Source of the DNA: Mobula hypostoma
Lineage: Eukaryota
DNA: 64,000 bases
Assembly (NCBI RefSeq): GCF_963921235.1
Contig: NC_086108.1
Span: 9,672,001 to 9,736,000 of the forward strand
Direction of reading: 5' to 3'
Below are positions 36,601-51,900 of the stretch, piece by piece. The notes beneath the pieces were generated by a model. That model made no database searches. It was not told the DNA's origin and was given only the letters and a program-made list of their open reading frames with translations. The translations under genes were made by a program, and so were the position numbers. Position 1 is the first letter of the stretch, and every line of letters starts with the position of its first letter.

Positions 36601-39600
36601 AGGTGAGGTGGGTGAGGTGGAGTCTATAGTCATCGCAGAGGGTGAGGTGGACTATAGTCATCGGAGAGGGTGAGGTGGACTATAGACATCACAGATGGTG
36701 AGGTGGACTATAGTCATTACAGAGGGTGAGGTGGAGTGTACAGTCATGGCGGAGGGTGAGGTAGACTATAGTCTTTGCAGTGAGTGAGGTGGAATGCAGT
36801 CATCACAGAGGGTGTGGTGGACTACATTCATTGCAGAGGGTGAGGTTGACGATAGTCATCGGAGAGGGTGAGATGGACTATAATCATCACAGAGGGTGAG
36901 GTGGTCAGGTGGAATCTATAGTCATCACAGAGTTATCGCAGAGGATGAGGTGGACTACAGTCATCGCAGAGGGTGAGGTGGAGTTTATAGTCATCGCAGA
37001 GGGTGAAGTGGACTATAGTCATCGCAGAGGGTGAAGTTGATGATAGTCATCACAGAGAGATAGGTGGACTATAGTCATCGCAGAGGTTGAGGTGGACTAC
37101 AGTGATCGCAGAGGTTGAGGAGGAGTCTATAGTCACCACAGAGGGTGAGGTGGACTATAGACATCACAGAGGGTTTGGTGGAGTCCATAGTCATTACAGA
37201 GGGAGATGTGGACTAATGTCATCACAGATGGTGAGGTGGAGTTTAGAGTTATCGCAGAGGCTGAAGTCGAGTCTATAGTCATCGCAGAGGGTGAGGTGGG
37301 TTATAGTAATCACAGAGGATGAGGTGAACTATAATTAACACAGAGGGTGAGGTGGACTATAATTAACACAGAGGGTGAGGAGGTGAGGTGGAGTCTATAG
37401 TCATCACAGACGGTAAGGTGGACTATAGTCAACACAGAGGGTGAGGTAGACTATAGTCATCAGAGAGGGTGAGGTGGACTACAGACATCGGAGAGGGTGA
37501 GGTGGACTATAGTCATCACAGATGGTGAGGTGGACTATAGTCATCGCAGAGGTTGAGGTGGACTACAGTGATCGCAGAGGGTGAGGAGGAGTCTATAGTC
37601 ATCACAGAGGGTGAGGTGGAGTGTACAGTCATGGCAGAGGGTGAGGTAGACTATAGTCTTTGCGGTGAGTGAGGTGGAATGCAGTCTTCACAAAGGGTGT
37701 GGTAGACTACATTCATTGCAGAGGGTGAGGTTGACGATAGTCATCACAGAGGGTGATGTGGTCAGGTGGAATCTATAGTCATCACAGAGTTATCGCAGAG
37801 GATGAGGTGGACTACAGTCATTGCAGAGGGTGAGGTGGACTGCACTCTTTGCAGAGGGTGATGTGGAGTTTATAGTCATCGCAGAGGGTGATGTGGACTA
37901 CAGTCATCGCAGAGGGTGAGGTTGACGATAATCATCGAAGAGGGTGATGTGGAATCTGTAGTCATCGCAGAGGGTGAGGTGGACTATAGTCATCGCAGAG
38001 GTTCATGTGGAGTCTACAATCATCACAGAAGGTAAGGTGGTGTCTGTAGTCATCACAGAGGGTGAGGTTGACGATAGTCATTGCAGAGGGTGAGGCTGAC
38101 GATAGTCATCGCAGAGGGTGAGATGCAATATAGTTATCACAGAATGTGAGGTGGAGTCTATGGTCATCACTGAGGGTGATGTGGAGTTTATAGTCATCAC
38201 ATGGGGGTGAGGTGGACTACAGTCATCGCAGAGGGTGAGGTGGTCTATAGTCTTTGCAGAGGGTGAGGTGGTCTCTATAGTCATCGCAGAGGTTGAGTTG
38301 GACTATAAACAATGCAGAGGGTGAGGTGGATTATAGTCAACATAGAGGGTGAGGTAGACTATAGTCATCACAGACGGTGAGGTGGACTATAGTCATCACA
38401 GAGGGTGAGTTGGACCATAGTCATCAGAGAGGGTGAGGTGGAGTCTATAGTCATCGCAGAGGGTTAGATGGACTATAGTCATCGCAGAGGGTGAGGTGGA
38501 GTCTATAGTCATTACAGCGGGAGATGTGGACTATTGTCATCGAAGACGGTGAGGAAGACTATAATCATCACAGAAGGTGAGGTGGCATTTATAGTCATCA
38601 CAGAGGGCGAGAGGGACGATAGTCATCGCAGAGGGTGAGGTGGCGACTATAGACATCACAGAGGGTTTGGTGGAGTCTATAGTCATTACAGAGTGAGATG
38701 TGGACTAATGTCATCACAGATGGTGAGGTGGAGTCTAGAGTTATCGCAGAGGCTGAGGTCGAGTCTATAGTCATCACAGAGGGTGAGATGGATTATAGTA
38801 ATCACAGAGGGTGAGGTTGACGATAGTCATCGCAGAGGGTGAGGTGCAATATAGTTATCACAGAATGTGAGGTGGAGTCTATGGTCATCACTGAGGGAGA
38901 TGTGGAGTTTATAGTCATCACATGGAGGTGAGGTGGACTACAGTCATCGCAGAGGGTGAGGTGGTCTATAGTCTTTGCAGAGGGTGAGGTGGTCTATAGT
39001 CTTTGCAGAGGGTGAGGTGGACTCTATAGTCATCGCAGAGGTTGAGTTGGACTATAAACAATGCAGAGGGTGAGGTGGATTATAGTCAACACAGAGGGTG
39101 AGGTAGACTATAGTCATCACAGAGGATGAGGTGGACTATAGTCATCACAGAGGGTGAGTTGGACCATAGTCATCACAGAGGGTGAGGTGGAGTCTATAGT
39201 CATCGCAGAGGGTGAGGTGGAGTCTATAGTCATTACAGCGGGAGATGTGGACTATTGTCATCGAAGACGGTGAGGAAGACTATAATCATCACAGAAGGTG
39301 AGGTGGCATTTATAGTCATCATAGAGGGCCAGGGGGACGATAGTCATCGCAGAGGGTGAGGTGGTGACTATCGTCACCACAGAGGGTGAGGTGGATTATA
39401 GTCATCACAGAGGGTGAGGTGGACTATAATTAACACAGAGGGTGAGGAGGTGAGGTGGAGTCTATAGTCATCACAGACGGTAAGGTGGACTATAGTCAAC
39501 ACAGAGGGTGAAGTAGACTATAGTCATCACAGAGGGTGAGGTGGACTACAGTCATCACAGATGGTGAGGTGGACTATAGACATCGGAGAGGGTGAGGTGG

Positions 39601-39990
39601 AGTGTACAGTCATGGCGGAGGGTGAGGTAGACTATAGTCTTTGCGGTGAGTGAGGTGGAATGCAGTCATCACAGAGGGTGTGGTAGACTACATTCATTGC
39701 AGAGGGTGAGGTTGACGATAGTCATCGCAGAGGGTGAGGTGGTCAGGTGGAATCTATAGTCATCACAGAGTTATCGCAGAGGATGAGGTGGACTACAGTC
39801 ATCGCAGAGGGTGAGGTGGAGTTTATAGTCATCGCAGAGGGTGATGTGGACTACAGTCATCGCAGAGGGTGAGGTTGACGATAATCATCGCAGAGGGTGA
39901 TGTGGAATCTATAGTCATCGCAGAGGGTGAGGTGGAATCTATAGTCATCGCAGAGGGTGAGGTGAACTACAGTCATCGCAGAGGGTGAAG
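30693..39990 (+). repeat. 4,639-bp tandem duplication within the satellite
   Basis: Identical ORF-track peptides at 30851/35490, 32448/37087 and 33439/38078 (all offset 4,639). Rare marker ttgatgatagtcatcacagagagatagg at 30801 and 35440. Confidence 0.93.
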
Positions 39991-42900
39991 TTGATGATAG
40001 TCATCACAGAGAGATAGGTGGACTATAGTCATCGCAGAGGTTGAGGTGGACTATAGTGATCGCAGAGGGTGAGGAGGAGTCTATAGTCACCACAGAGGGT
40101 GAGGTGGACTACAGACATCACAGAGGGTTTGGCTGAGTCTATAGTCATTACAGAGGGAGATGTGGACTAATGTCATCACAGATGGTGAGGTGGAGTCTAG
40201 AGTTATCGCAGAGGCTGAGGTCGAGTCTATAGTCATCGCAGAGGGTGAGGTGGATTATAGTAATTACAGAGGATGAGGTTGACGATAGTCATCGCAGAGG
40301 GTGAGATGCAATATAGTTATCGCAGAGGGTGAGGTGCAATATAGTTATCACAGAATGTGAGGTGGAGTCTATCGTCATCACTGAGGGTGATGTGGAGTTT
40401 ATAGTCATCACATAGGGGTGAGGTGGACTCTACAGTCATCGCAGAGGTTGAGTTGGACTATAAACAATGTAGAGGGTGAGGTGGATTATAGTCATCGCAG
40501 AGGGTGAGGTGGACTATAATTAACACAGAGGGTGAGGAGGTGAGGTGGATTCTATAGTCATCACAGAGGGTGAGGTGGATTATAGTCATCGCTGAGGGTG
40601 AGGTGGACTATAGTCTTTGCAGATGGTGAGGTGCACTATAGTCATCACATAGGATGAGGAGGTACATCGTCATCAGAGAGGGTGACATGGAGTCTACAGT
40701 CATCACAGAGGGAGAGCTGGACTATTGTCATCGCAGAGGGTGAGGTGGATTATAGTAATCACAGAGGATGAGGTGGAGTATAGTCATCACAGAGGGTGAG
40801 GTGGACTATAATTAACACAGAGGGTGAGGAGGTGAGGTGGAGTCTATAGTCATCACAGACAGTAAGGTGGACTATAGTCAACACAGAGGGTGAGGTGGAT
40901 TATAGTCATCGCAGAGGGTTAGATGGACTATAGTCATCGCAGAGGGTGAGGTGGAGTCTATAGTTATTACAGCGGAAGATGTGGACTATTGTCATCGAAG
41001 ACGGTGAGGAAGACTATAATCATCACAGAAGGTGAGGTGGCATTTATAGTCATCACAGAGGGCGAGGGGGACGATAGTCATCGCAGAGGGTGAGGTGGCG
41101 ACTATAGTCACCACAGAGGGTGAGGTGGACTATAGTCATCGTAGAAGGTGAGGTGGACTATAGTCTTCGCAGAGGGTGAAGTGGACTATAACCGTCACAG
41201 AGGGTGCGGTGGACTATAGTTATCACAAAGGGTTGGGGTAGTCTATAAACAACACAGAGGGTGAGGAGGACGATACCCATCGGAGAGGGTGAGGTGGACT
41301 ATAGTCATCGCAGAGGGTGAGGTGGAGTGTACAGTCATTGCAGAGGGTGAGGTTGACGATAATCGTCGAAGAGGGTGATGTGGAATCTATAGTCATCGCA
41401 GAGGGTGAAGTGAATTACAGTCATCGCAGAGGGTGAGGAGGTACGTAGTCATCAGAGAGGGTGACATGGAGTCTACAGTCATCACAGAGGGAGAGGTGGA
41501 CTATTGTCATCGCAGAGGGTGAGGTGGAGTCTATAGTCATAACAGAAGGTGAGGTGGAGTATCGTCATCACAGAGGGTGAGGTGGACTATAATTAACACA
41601 GAGGGTGAGGAGGTGAGGTGGAGTCTATAGTCATCACAGACAGTAAGGTGGACTATAGTCAACACAGAGGGTGAGGTGGACTATAGTCAACACAGAGGGT
41701 GAGGAGAAGTTATAGTCACCACAGAGGGTGAGGTGGACTATAGACGTCACAGAGGGTTTGGTGGAGTCTATAGTCATTACAGAGGGAGATGTGGACTAAT
41801 GTCATCACAGATGGTTAGGTGGAGTCTAGAGTTATCGCAGAGGCTGAGGTCGAGTCTATAGTCATCGCAGAGGGTGAGGTGGATTATAGTAATCACAGAG
41901 GATGAGGTTGATGATAGTCATTGCAGAGGATGAGGCTGACTGTAGTTTTTTCAGAGGGTGCGTTGGACTATAGTCATCGCAGAGGTTCATGTGGAGTCTA
42001 CAGTCATCACAGAAGGTAAGGTGGTGTCTGTAGTCATCAAAGAGGGTGAGGTTGACGATAGTCATCACAGAGGGTGAGGTTGACGATAGTCATCGCAGAG
42101 GGTGAGGTGCAATATAGTTATCACAGAATGTGAGGTGGAGTCTATGGTCATCACTGAGGGTGATGTGGAGTTTATAGTCATCACATGGGGGTGAGGTGGA
42201 CTACAGTCATCGCAGAGGGTGAGGTGGTCTATAGTCTTTGCAGAGGGTGAGGTGGACTCTATAGTCATCGCAGAGGTTGAGTTGGACTATAAACAATGCA
42301 GAGGGTGAGGTAGATTATAGTCATCGCTGAGGGTGAGGTGCACTATAGTCATCACATAGGGTGAGGAGGTACATAGTCATCAGAGAGGGTGACGTGGAGT
42401 CTACAGTCATCACAGAGGGAGAGCTGGACTATTGTCATCGCAGAGGGTGAGGTGGACTATAGTCGTCACAGAGGGTGAGGTGGATTATAGTCATCGCAGA
42501 GGGTGAGGTGGAGTCTATAGTCATTGTAGAGGGTGAGGTCGACTATAGACATCACAGAGGGTGAGGTGGACTATAGTCTTTGTAGAGGGTGGGGTGGCAT
42601 CTATAGTCATCGCAGAGTGTGAGGTCGACTATAGTCATCACAGAGGTTGAGATGGAGTCTATAGTCATCACAGAGGGTGAGGTGGACTGTAGGCATTGCA
42701 GAGGGTGAGGTGGATGATAGCCATCATAGAGGGTGAGGGGGACGATAGTCATCGCAGAAGGTGAGCTGGAGTCTATAGTCTTCGTGGAGAGAGAGGTGGA
42801 GTCTACAGTCATTGCAGAGGGTGAGGTGGAGTCTATAGTCATTGCATAGGGTGAGGTGGATTCTATAGTCTTCACAGAGTGTGAGATGGACTATTCTGAT

Positions 42901-45900
42901 TGCAGAGGGTGAGGTGGAGTCTATAGTCATCTCAGAGGGTGAGGTGGACTCGAGTGTTTGCAGAAGGTGAGGTGGACTATAGTCATCACAGAGGGTGAGG
43001 TGGAGTCTGTAGTCATCTCAGAGGGTGCGGTGGACTATAGTCATCTCAGAGGGTGCGGTGGACTATAGCCTTTGCAAAGGGTTAGGTGGACTATAGTCAT
43101 CGCAGACTGCGAGATGGATAATAGTCATCGCACAGGGTGAGGTGGACTATATCATTGCAGAGAGTGAGGTGGATTATAGTCATCACAGAGAGTGAGGTGG
43201 ACTATAGCCATCACAGAGGTTGGCGTGGAGTCTATAGTAATTGCAGAGGGTGAGGTCGAATATGGTCATCGCAGAGGGTGCGGTGGACTATAGTCATCTC
43301 AGAGGGTGATGTGGACCATAGACTTTGCAGAGGGTGAGGTGGACTATAGTCACCACAGAGGGTGATTTGGAGTCTCTTGTCATCACAGAGGGTGAGGTGC
43401 AGTCTATAGTCATCACAGAGTGTAGGGTGGACTATAGACTTTGCAGAGGGTGAGGTGGACTATAGTGATCACAGAGGGTGAGGTGGTCTATAGTCATCAC
43501 AGAGTGTAATGTGGACTATAGTCTTTGCAGAGGGTGAGGTGGACAATAGACATCACAGAGGGTGAGGTGGAGTCTATAGTCATTGCAGAGGGTGCTGTGG
43601 AGTGTATAGTTATCACAGAGAGTGAGGTGGACTATAGTCTTTGCAGAGGGTGAGGTGGACTATAGTCACCACAGAGGGTGATTTGGAGTCTCTTGTCATC
43701 ACAGAGGGTGAGGTGCAGTCTATAGTCATCGCAGAGGATGAGGTGGACTATAGTCGTCACAGTGGGTGATGTGGAGTCTGTAGTCATCATAGAGGGTGAG
43801 GTGGACTGTTGTCATCACAGAGGGTGAGGTGGACTATCGTCATCACAGAGGGTGAGGTGGACTATAGTCATCATAGAGGAGGAGGTGGACCGTAGTCTTT
43901 GCAGAGGCCGAGGTGGACTATAGTGATCGCAGAGGGTGAGGTGGACTATAGTCATAGCGGAGTGTGAGATGGACAATAGTCATTGCAGAGGATGAGGTGG
44001 AGTCTATAGTCATCTCAGAGGATGAGGTGGAGTTTATAGTCTCTGCAGAGGATGAGGTGGAGTCTATAGTCTCTGCAGAGGGTGAGGTGGACTATAGTCT
44101 TTGCAGAGGGTGAGGTGGACTATAGTCACCACAGAGGGTGAGGTGGAGTCTATAGTCATTGCAAACCATGAGGTTGACTGTAGTCATCACAGAGAGTGAG
44201 GTGGTCTATAGTCATCACAGAGAGTGAGGTGGTCTATAGTCATCACTGAGGATGAGGTGGACTACAGTCATCGCAGAGGGTGAGGTGGAGTCTACAGTCA
44301 TCACAGAGGATGAGGTGGGCTATAGTCATCGCAGAGGGAGAGGTGGGCTATAGTCATCACAGAGGGTACGGTGGACTATCGTCATCACCGAGGGTGCATT
44401 AGAGTCTATAGTAATCACAGAGCGTGAGGTGGACTATAGACCTTACGGAGAGGTGGAGTCTGTAGTCATCACAGAGATTGAGGTGCACTATAGTCATTGC
44501 AGAGGGTGAGGTGAATTGTAGTCATCGCAGAGGATGAGGTGAGGTCTATAGTCATCGCAGAGGGTGAGGTGAACTATGGTCATCGCAGAGGGTGAGATGG
44601 ACTATAGTCATTGCAGTGAGTGAGGTTGACTATAGTCATTACAGAGGGTGAGGAGGAGTATAGTCTTTGCAGAGGGTGAAGTTGTCTATAGTAATCACAG
44701 AGGGTGCGGTGGACTATAGTCATCACAGAGGGTGAGATGGAGTCTATAGTCATCACAGAGAGTGAGGTGGACGATAGTCATCATAGAGGGTGAGGTGGAG
44801 TCTATAGTCATCTCAGAGGGTGTGGTGGACTCTAGTGTTTCCAGAGGGTGAGGTGGACTATAGTCTATGCAGAGGGTGAGGTGGAGTCGATATTCATCAC
44901 AGAGTTTGAGGTAGACTATAGTAATCGCAGAGGGTTTGGTGAACTATAGTCATCACAGGGGATGAGGTGGAGTCTATCGTCATCGCAGAGGGTGAGTTGA
45001 ACTATGGTCATCACAGAGGGTGAGGTGGAGTCTATAGTCATCGCAGAGGGTGAGGTGGAGTCTATAGTCATTGCAGAGGGTGAGGTGGAGACTACAGTCT
45101 CACAGCGGGTAAGGTGGATTCTATAGTATTCACAGAGGGTGAGATGGACTATTCTGATTGCAGAGGGTGAGGTGGAGTCTATAGTCATCTCAGACGGTGA
45201 GGTGGACTAGAGTATTTGCAGAGGGTGAGGTGGACTATAGTCATCACAGAGGGTGAGGTGGACTATAGTCATCACAGAGGGTGAGGTGGAGTCTATAGTC
45301 ATTGCAGAGGGTTAGGTGGACTATAGTCATCGCAGACTGTGAGATGGACAATAGTCATCGCACAGGGTGAGGTGGACTATAGTCATCGCAGAGGGTGAGG
45401 TGGACTGTAGTCATCACAGAGGGTGAGGTGGAGTCTATAGTCATTGCAGAGGGTTAGGTGGACTATAGTCATCGCAGACTGTGAGATGGACAATAGTCAT
45501 CCCACAGGGTGAGGTGGACTATAGTCATTGCAGAGGTTGGGGTGGAGTCTATAGTCATTGCAGAGGGTGAGGTCGACTATAGACATCACAGAGGGTGAGG
45601 TGGACTATAGACATCACAGAGGGTGACGTGTAGTCTATAGAAATTGCAGACCATGAGGTGGACTATAGTCATTGCAGAGGGTGAGATGGACAATATCCAT
45701 CGCAGAGGGTGAAGCGGACTGCAGTCTTTGCAGAGGATGAGGTGGAGTCTATAGTCATTGTAGAGGGTGAGGTCGACTATAGACATCACAGAGGGTGAGG
45801 TGGACTATAGTCTTTGCAGAGGGTGGGGTGGCATCTATAGTCATTGCAGAGAGTGAGATGGACTATAGTCATCACAAAGGGTGGGGTGGACTATTGTCAT

Positions 45901-48900
45901 CACAGAGGGTGAGATGGACTATAGCCATCGCAGAGGGTGAAGCGGACTGCAGTCTTTGCAGAGGATGAGGTGGAGTTTATAGTCAGCGTAGAGCCTGAGG
46001 TGGACTATAGTCATCGCAGTGGGTGAGGTTGACTATAGTTATTACACAGGGTGAGGAGAACTATAGTCTTTGCAGAGGGTGAGGCAGAGTCTATAGTCAT
46101 CACAGAGGGTGAGGGGGACTATAGTCATCACAGAGGGGGTGGTGAACTATGATCATCACAGAGGTTGAAGTGGAGTCGATAGTCTTTCCAGCGGGTGAGG
46201 TGGACTATAGTCCTCACAGAGGGTGAGGTGGACTATAGTCGATGCAGAGTGTGAGGTGGACAATTGTCATCGGACAGGGTGAGGTGGACTATAGCCATCG
46301 CAGAGGGTGAGCTGGACTATAGTCATCACAGAGGGTGAGGTGGAGTATTGTCATCACAGTGCGTGAGGTGGACTATAGTCCTCACAGAGAGAGACGTGGA
46401 GTCTATATTCATCACAGAGGTTGAGGTGGACAATAGTGATTGTAGAGGGTGAGGTCGAGTGTATAGTCTTTGCAGAGAGTGAGGTGGACTATAGCCATCA
46501 CAGAGGTTGGCGTGGAGTCTATAGTCATTGCAGAGAGTGAGGTCGACTATAGTCATCACAGATGGTGAGGTGGACTATTGTCATCACAAAGGGTGAGGTG
46601 GGCTATAGTAATCACAGAGGTTGATGTGCAGTCTACAGTTATCACAGAGGATGAGGTGGACTATAGACATCACAGAGGGTAAGGTGTACTCTATAGTCAT
46701 TGCAGAGCGTGAGGTGGACTATAGTCATTGCAGAGGGTGAGATGGACAATATCCATCGCAGAGGGTGAATCGGATTGCAGTCTTTGCAGAGGCTCAGGTG
46801 GAGCCTATAGTCAGCGTAGCGCGTGATGTGGACAAAAGTCATCGCAGTGGGTGAGGTGGAGTATAGTCATCACTGAGAGACGTGGAGTCTATATTCATCA
46901 GAGAGTTTGAGATGGACTATAGTGATTGCAGAGGGTGAGCTGGACTATAGTCATCGCTGAGGGTGAGGTGGACTATAGTCATCACAGAGGGGGTGGTGAA
47001 CTATGATCATCACAGAGGTTGAAGTGGAGTCAATAGTCTTTCCAGCGGGTGAGGTGGACTATAGTCCTCACAGAGGGTGAGGTGGACTATAGTCGATGCA
47101 GAGGGTGAGGTGGACTGTTGTCATCACAGAAGGTGAGGTGAACTATGGTCATCACAGAGGCTGCGGTGGAATCTATAGTCATCACAGAGGGTGAGATGGA
47201 CAATAGTCATCACACAGGGTGAGGTGGGCTATAGTCATTGCAGAGAGTGAGGTGGACTATAGCCATCACAGAGGTTGGTGTGGACTATAGTCTTTTCAGA
47301 GGGTGAGGTGGACTATAGTCATCACAGAGGGTGATGTGCAGTCTACAGTCATCACAGAGGGTGAAGCCGACTGCAGTCTCTGCAGAGGATGAGGTGGAGT
47401 CTATAGTCAGCGTAGCGCGTGAAGTGGATTATCATCATCGCAGTGGGTGAGGTTGACTATAGTCATCACAGTGGGTGAGATGGACTATAGTCATCACAGA
47501 GGGTGAGGTGGACTATAGTCATCACAGAGGGTGAGGTGGACTGTTGTCATCACAGAGGGTGATCTGGACTATAGTCATCACAGAGGGTGAGGTGGACTAT
47601 AGTCATCACAGAGGGTGAGGTGGACTGTTGTCATCACAGAGGATGATGTGGACCTTAGTCATCACAGAGGGTGAGGTGGAGTCTATGGTCATCACAGAAG
47701 AGGAGGTGGACTGTAGTATTTGCAGAGGCCGAGGTGGACTATAGTCATCGCAGAGGGTGAGGTGCAGTCTATAGTCATTGCAGAGGGTGAGGTGGACTAT
47801 TGTCTTTGCAGAGGATGAGGTGGACTATAGTCGTCACAGTGGGTGATGTGGAGTCTGTAGTCATTGCAGAGGGTGTGGTGGACTAGAGTAATCACAGAGG
47901 GTGAGGTAGACTACAGGCATCGCAGAGGGTGAGGTGGAGTCTATATTATTCGCAGAGGATGAGATGGACTATTCTTATTGCAGAGGGTGAGGTGGAGTCT
48001 ATATTATTCGCAGAGGATGAGATGGATTATTCTTATTGCAGAGGGTGAGGTGGAGTCTATAGTCATCGCAGAGCGTGAGGTGGACAATAGTCATTGCAGA
48101 CATGAAGTGGATTCTATAGACTTTGCAGAAAGTGAGGTGGACTATAGTCATCACAGAGGGTGAGGTGGACTGTAGTAATCACAGAGGGTGAGGTGTAGTC
48201 TATAGAAATTGCAGACCTTGAGGTGGACTATAGTCATTGCAGAGGGTGAATCGGACTGCAGTCTTTGCAGAGGATGAGGTGGAGTCTATAGTCAGCGTAG
48301 AGCGTGAGGTGGACTATAGTCATCGCAATGGGTGAGGTTGACTATAGTCATTACAGAGGGTGAGGAGGACTATAGTCTTTGCAGAGGTTGTTGTGGTCTA
48401 TAGTCATCACAGAGGGTGAGGGGGACGATAGTCATCACAGAGGGTGAGGTGGAGTATAGTCTATGCAGAGGGTGAGGTGGAGTCTATCGTTATCGCAGAG
48501 GGTGAGGTGGAGTTTATAGATATCGCAAAGGGTGAGATGAACTATGTCCATCACAGAGGGTGAGGTGGAATCTATAGTCATCACAGAGGGTGAGGTGGAG
48601 TCTACAGTCATCACAGAGGGTGAGGTGGACTATAGTCTTTTCAGAGGGTGAGATGGACTATAGTCATCACAGAGGGTGATGTGCAGTCTACAGTCATCAC
48701 AGAGGGTGAGGTGTAGTCTATAGTCATTGCAGAGCGTGAGGTGGACTATAGTTATCGCTGACGGTGAAGCGGACTGCAGTCTTTGCGGAGGATGAGGTGG
48801 AGTCAAAAGTCAGCGTATTGCGTGAGGTGGACTTTAATCATCACAGAGGGTGCCGTAGTCTATATTCATCACAGAGTTTGAGGTGGACTATAGTGATCGC

Positions 48901-51900
48901 AGAGGGTGAGGTGAACTATAGTCATCACAGGGGGTGAAGTTGTGTCTATCGTCATCACAGAGGGTGAGGTGGAGTCTATAGATATCGCAGAGGGTGAGGT
49001 GAACTATGATCATCAGAGAGGGTGAGGTGGAATCTATAGTCATCAGAGAGGGTGAGGGAGAGTCTATAGTCATCACAGAGGGGGAGTCTATAGTCATCAC
49101 AGAGGGTGAGATCGAGTCTATAGTCATCACAGAGGGTGAGATGGACAATAATCTTTGCACAGGGTGAGGTGGGCTGTAGTCATCGCAGAGGGTGAGGTCG
49201 ACTATTGTCATCACAGAGGGTGAGGTGGACTATAGTTTTTTCAGAGGGTGAGCTGGACTATAGTCATCGTAGAGGGTGCGGTGGAATTTATAGTCATCAC
49301 AGAGGGTGAGGTGGAGTCTATAGTCATCACAGAGGATGAGGAGGACTATAGTTTTTACAGAGGGTGAGGAGGACTATCGTAATCTCAGAGGTTGGGGTGG
49401 AGTCTATAGTCTTTGCAGAGGGTGAGGTCGACTATAGTCATCACAGATGGTGAGGTGGACGATAGTCATCGCAGCGGGTGAGGTGGAGTCTACAGTCATC
49501 ACAGAGGGTGAGGTGGACTATTGTCATCGCAGAGTGTGAGATGGACAATAGTCATCGCACAGGGTGAGGTGGACTATAGTCATCGCAGAGAGTGAAGTGG
49601 GCTATAGCCATCGCAGAGGATGAGTTGGAGTCTATAGTCACCTCAGAGGATGAGTTGGAGTCTATAGTCATCTCACAGGGTGAGGTGGACTATAGTCTTT
49701 TCAGAGGGTGAGGCGGACTATAGATATCACAGAGGGTGAGGTGTAGTCTATAGGCATTGCAGAGCGTGAGGTGGGCAATTGTCTTTGAAGACGTGAAGTG
49801 GGGTCTATAGACATTGCAGAAATTGAGGTGGACTATAGTCATTGCAGAGGGTGAGATGGACTATAGCCATCACAGAGGGTGAAGCGGACTGCAGTCTTTG
49901 CAGAGGATGAGGTGGAGTTTATAGTCATCTCAGAGGGTGAGGTGAATTAGAGTGTTTGCTGAGGGTGAGGTGGACTACAGTCATCACAGAGGGTGATGTG
50001 CAGTCTACAGTCATCGCAGAGGGTGAGGTGGACTACAGTCATCACAGAGGGTGATGTGCAGTCTACAGTCATCGCACAGGGTGAGGTGGACTACAGTCAT
50101 CACAGAGGGTGATGTGCAGTCTACAGTCACTGCAGAGGATGAGGTGGAGTCTACAGACAGCGTAGCGCGTGAGGTGGACTATCGTCATCGCAGTGGGTGA
50201 GGTTGACTATAGTCCTTACAGAGGGTAGGAGGACTATGGTCTTTGCAGAGGGTGAAGTGGTCTATAGTCATCACAGAGGGTGAGGTGTAGTCTATAGTCA
50301 TTGCAGAGGGTGAGGTGGACTAGAGTGTTTGCAGAGGGTGAGATGGACTATAGTCATTGCAGAGGGTGAAGTGAACTATGGTCATCACAGAGGGTGAGGT
50401 GGAATCTATAGTCATCACTGAGGGTGAGGTGGACTAACATCATCACAGAGGGTGAGGTGGACTGTTGTCATCACAGAGGGTGAGGTGGAGTCTAGAGTCA
50501 TCATAGAGGAGGAGGTGGACTGTAGTCTTTGCAGAGGGTGAGGTGGACTATAGGCATCGCAGAGGGTGAGGTGGACTACAGTCATCACAGAGGGTGAGGT
50601 GGAGTCTATAGTCATTGCAGAGGGTGTGGTGAACTGTGATCATCACAGAGGTTGAGGTGGAGTCTATAGTCATCATGGAGGGTAGGGTGGAGCCTATAGT
50701 CATCACGGTGAGCTGGACTATAGTCTTTGCAGATGGTGATGTGGAGTCTATAGTCATTGCAGAGGGCAAGGTGGACTATAGTCATCACAGAGGGTGATTT
50801 GGAGTCTATAGTCATCACAGAGGGTGAGGTGGACTATAGTCATCGCAGAGGGTGAGGTGGACTATAGTCACCACAGAGGGTGAGGTGGAGTTTATAGTCA
50901 TTGCAGAGGGTGAGGTTGAGTATAGTCATCACAGAGGGTGAGGTGGACTATAGCCATCATAGAGGGTGAGGACGACTATAGTCATCACAGAGGGTGGGGT
51001 GAAGTCTATAGCCATCACAGAGGGTGAGGTGGACTGTAGTCCTCACAAAGAGAGACGTGGAGTCTATATTCATCACAGAGGGTGAGGTGGACTATAGTCA
51101 TCACAGAGGGTGAGGTGCAGTCTACAGTCATTGCAGAGGGTGAAGTGGACTATCGTCTTTGCAGAGAGTGAGTTGGACTATAGACTTCACAAAGGGTGAG
51201 GTCGACTATAGTCATCGCAGAGGGTGAGGTGGAGTCTACAGTCATCACAGAGAGTGAGGTGGAGTCTATAGTTATCGTAGAGGGTGAGGTGAACTATAGT
51301 TATCACAGAGGGTTAGGTGGAGTCTATAGTCATTGCAGAGGGTGTGGTGGAGTCTATAGTCATCGTAGAGGGTGAGGTGAACTGTGATCATCACAGAGGT
51401 TGAGGTGGAGTCTATAGTCATCATGGAGGGTGAGGTGGAGCCTATAGTCATTGCAGAGGGTGAGCTGGACTACAGTCTTTGCAGATGGTGATGTGGAGTC
51501 TATAGTCATCGCAGGGGGCGAGGTGGACTAGAGTAATCACAGAGGGTGATTTGGAGTCTATAGTCATCACAGAGGATGAGGTGGGCTATAGTCATCACAG
51601 AGGGTGAGGTGGACTATAGTCATTACAGACGGTGAGGTGGACTATAGTCATCGCAGACGGTGAGGTGGACTATAGTCGTCACCGAGGGTGAGGTGGACTA
51701 TAGTCATCGCGGAGTGTGAGATGGAGTCTATAGTCATCTCAGAGGGTGAGGTCGAGTGCATTGTCTTTGCAGAGGGTGAGGTCGAGTGCATTGTCTTTGC
51801 AGAGGGTGAGGTGGAGTCTACAGTCATCGCAGAGGGTGGGAGGGAATATTCTGATTTCAGAGGGTGAGGTGGACTATAGTCATCGCAGAGGGTGAAGTGG

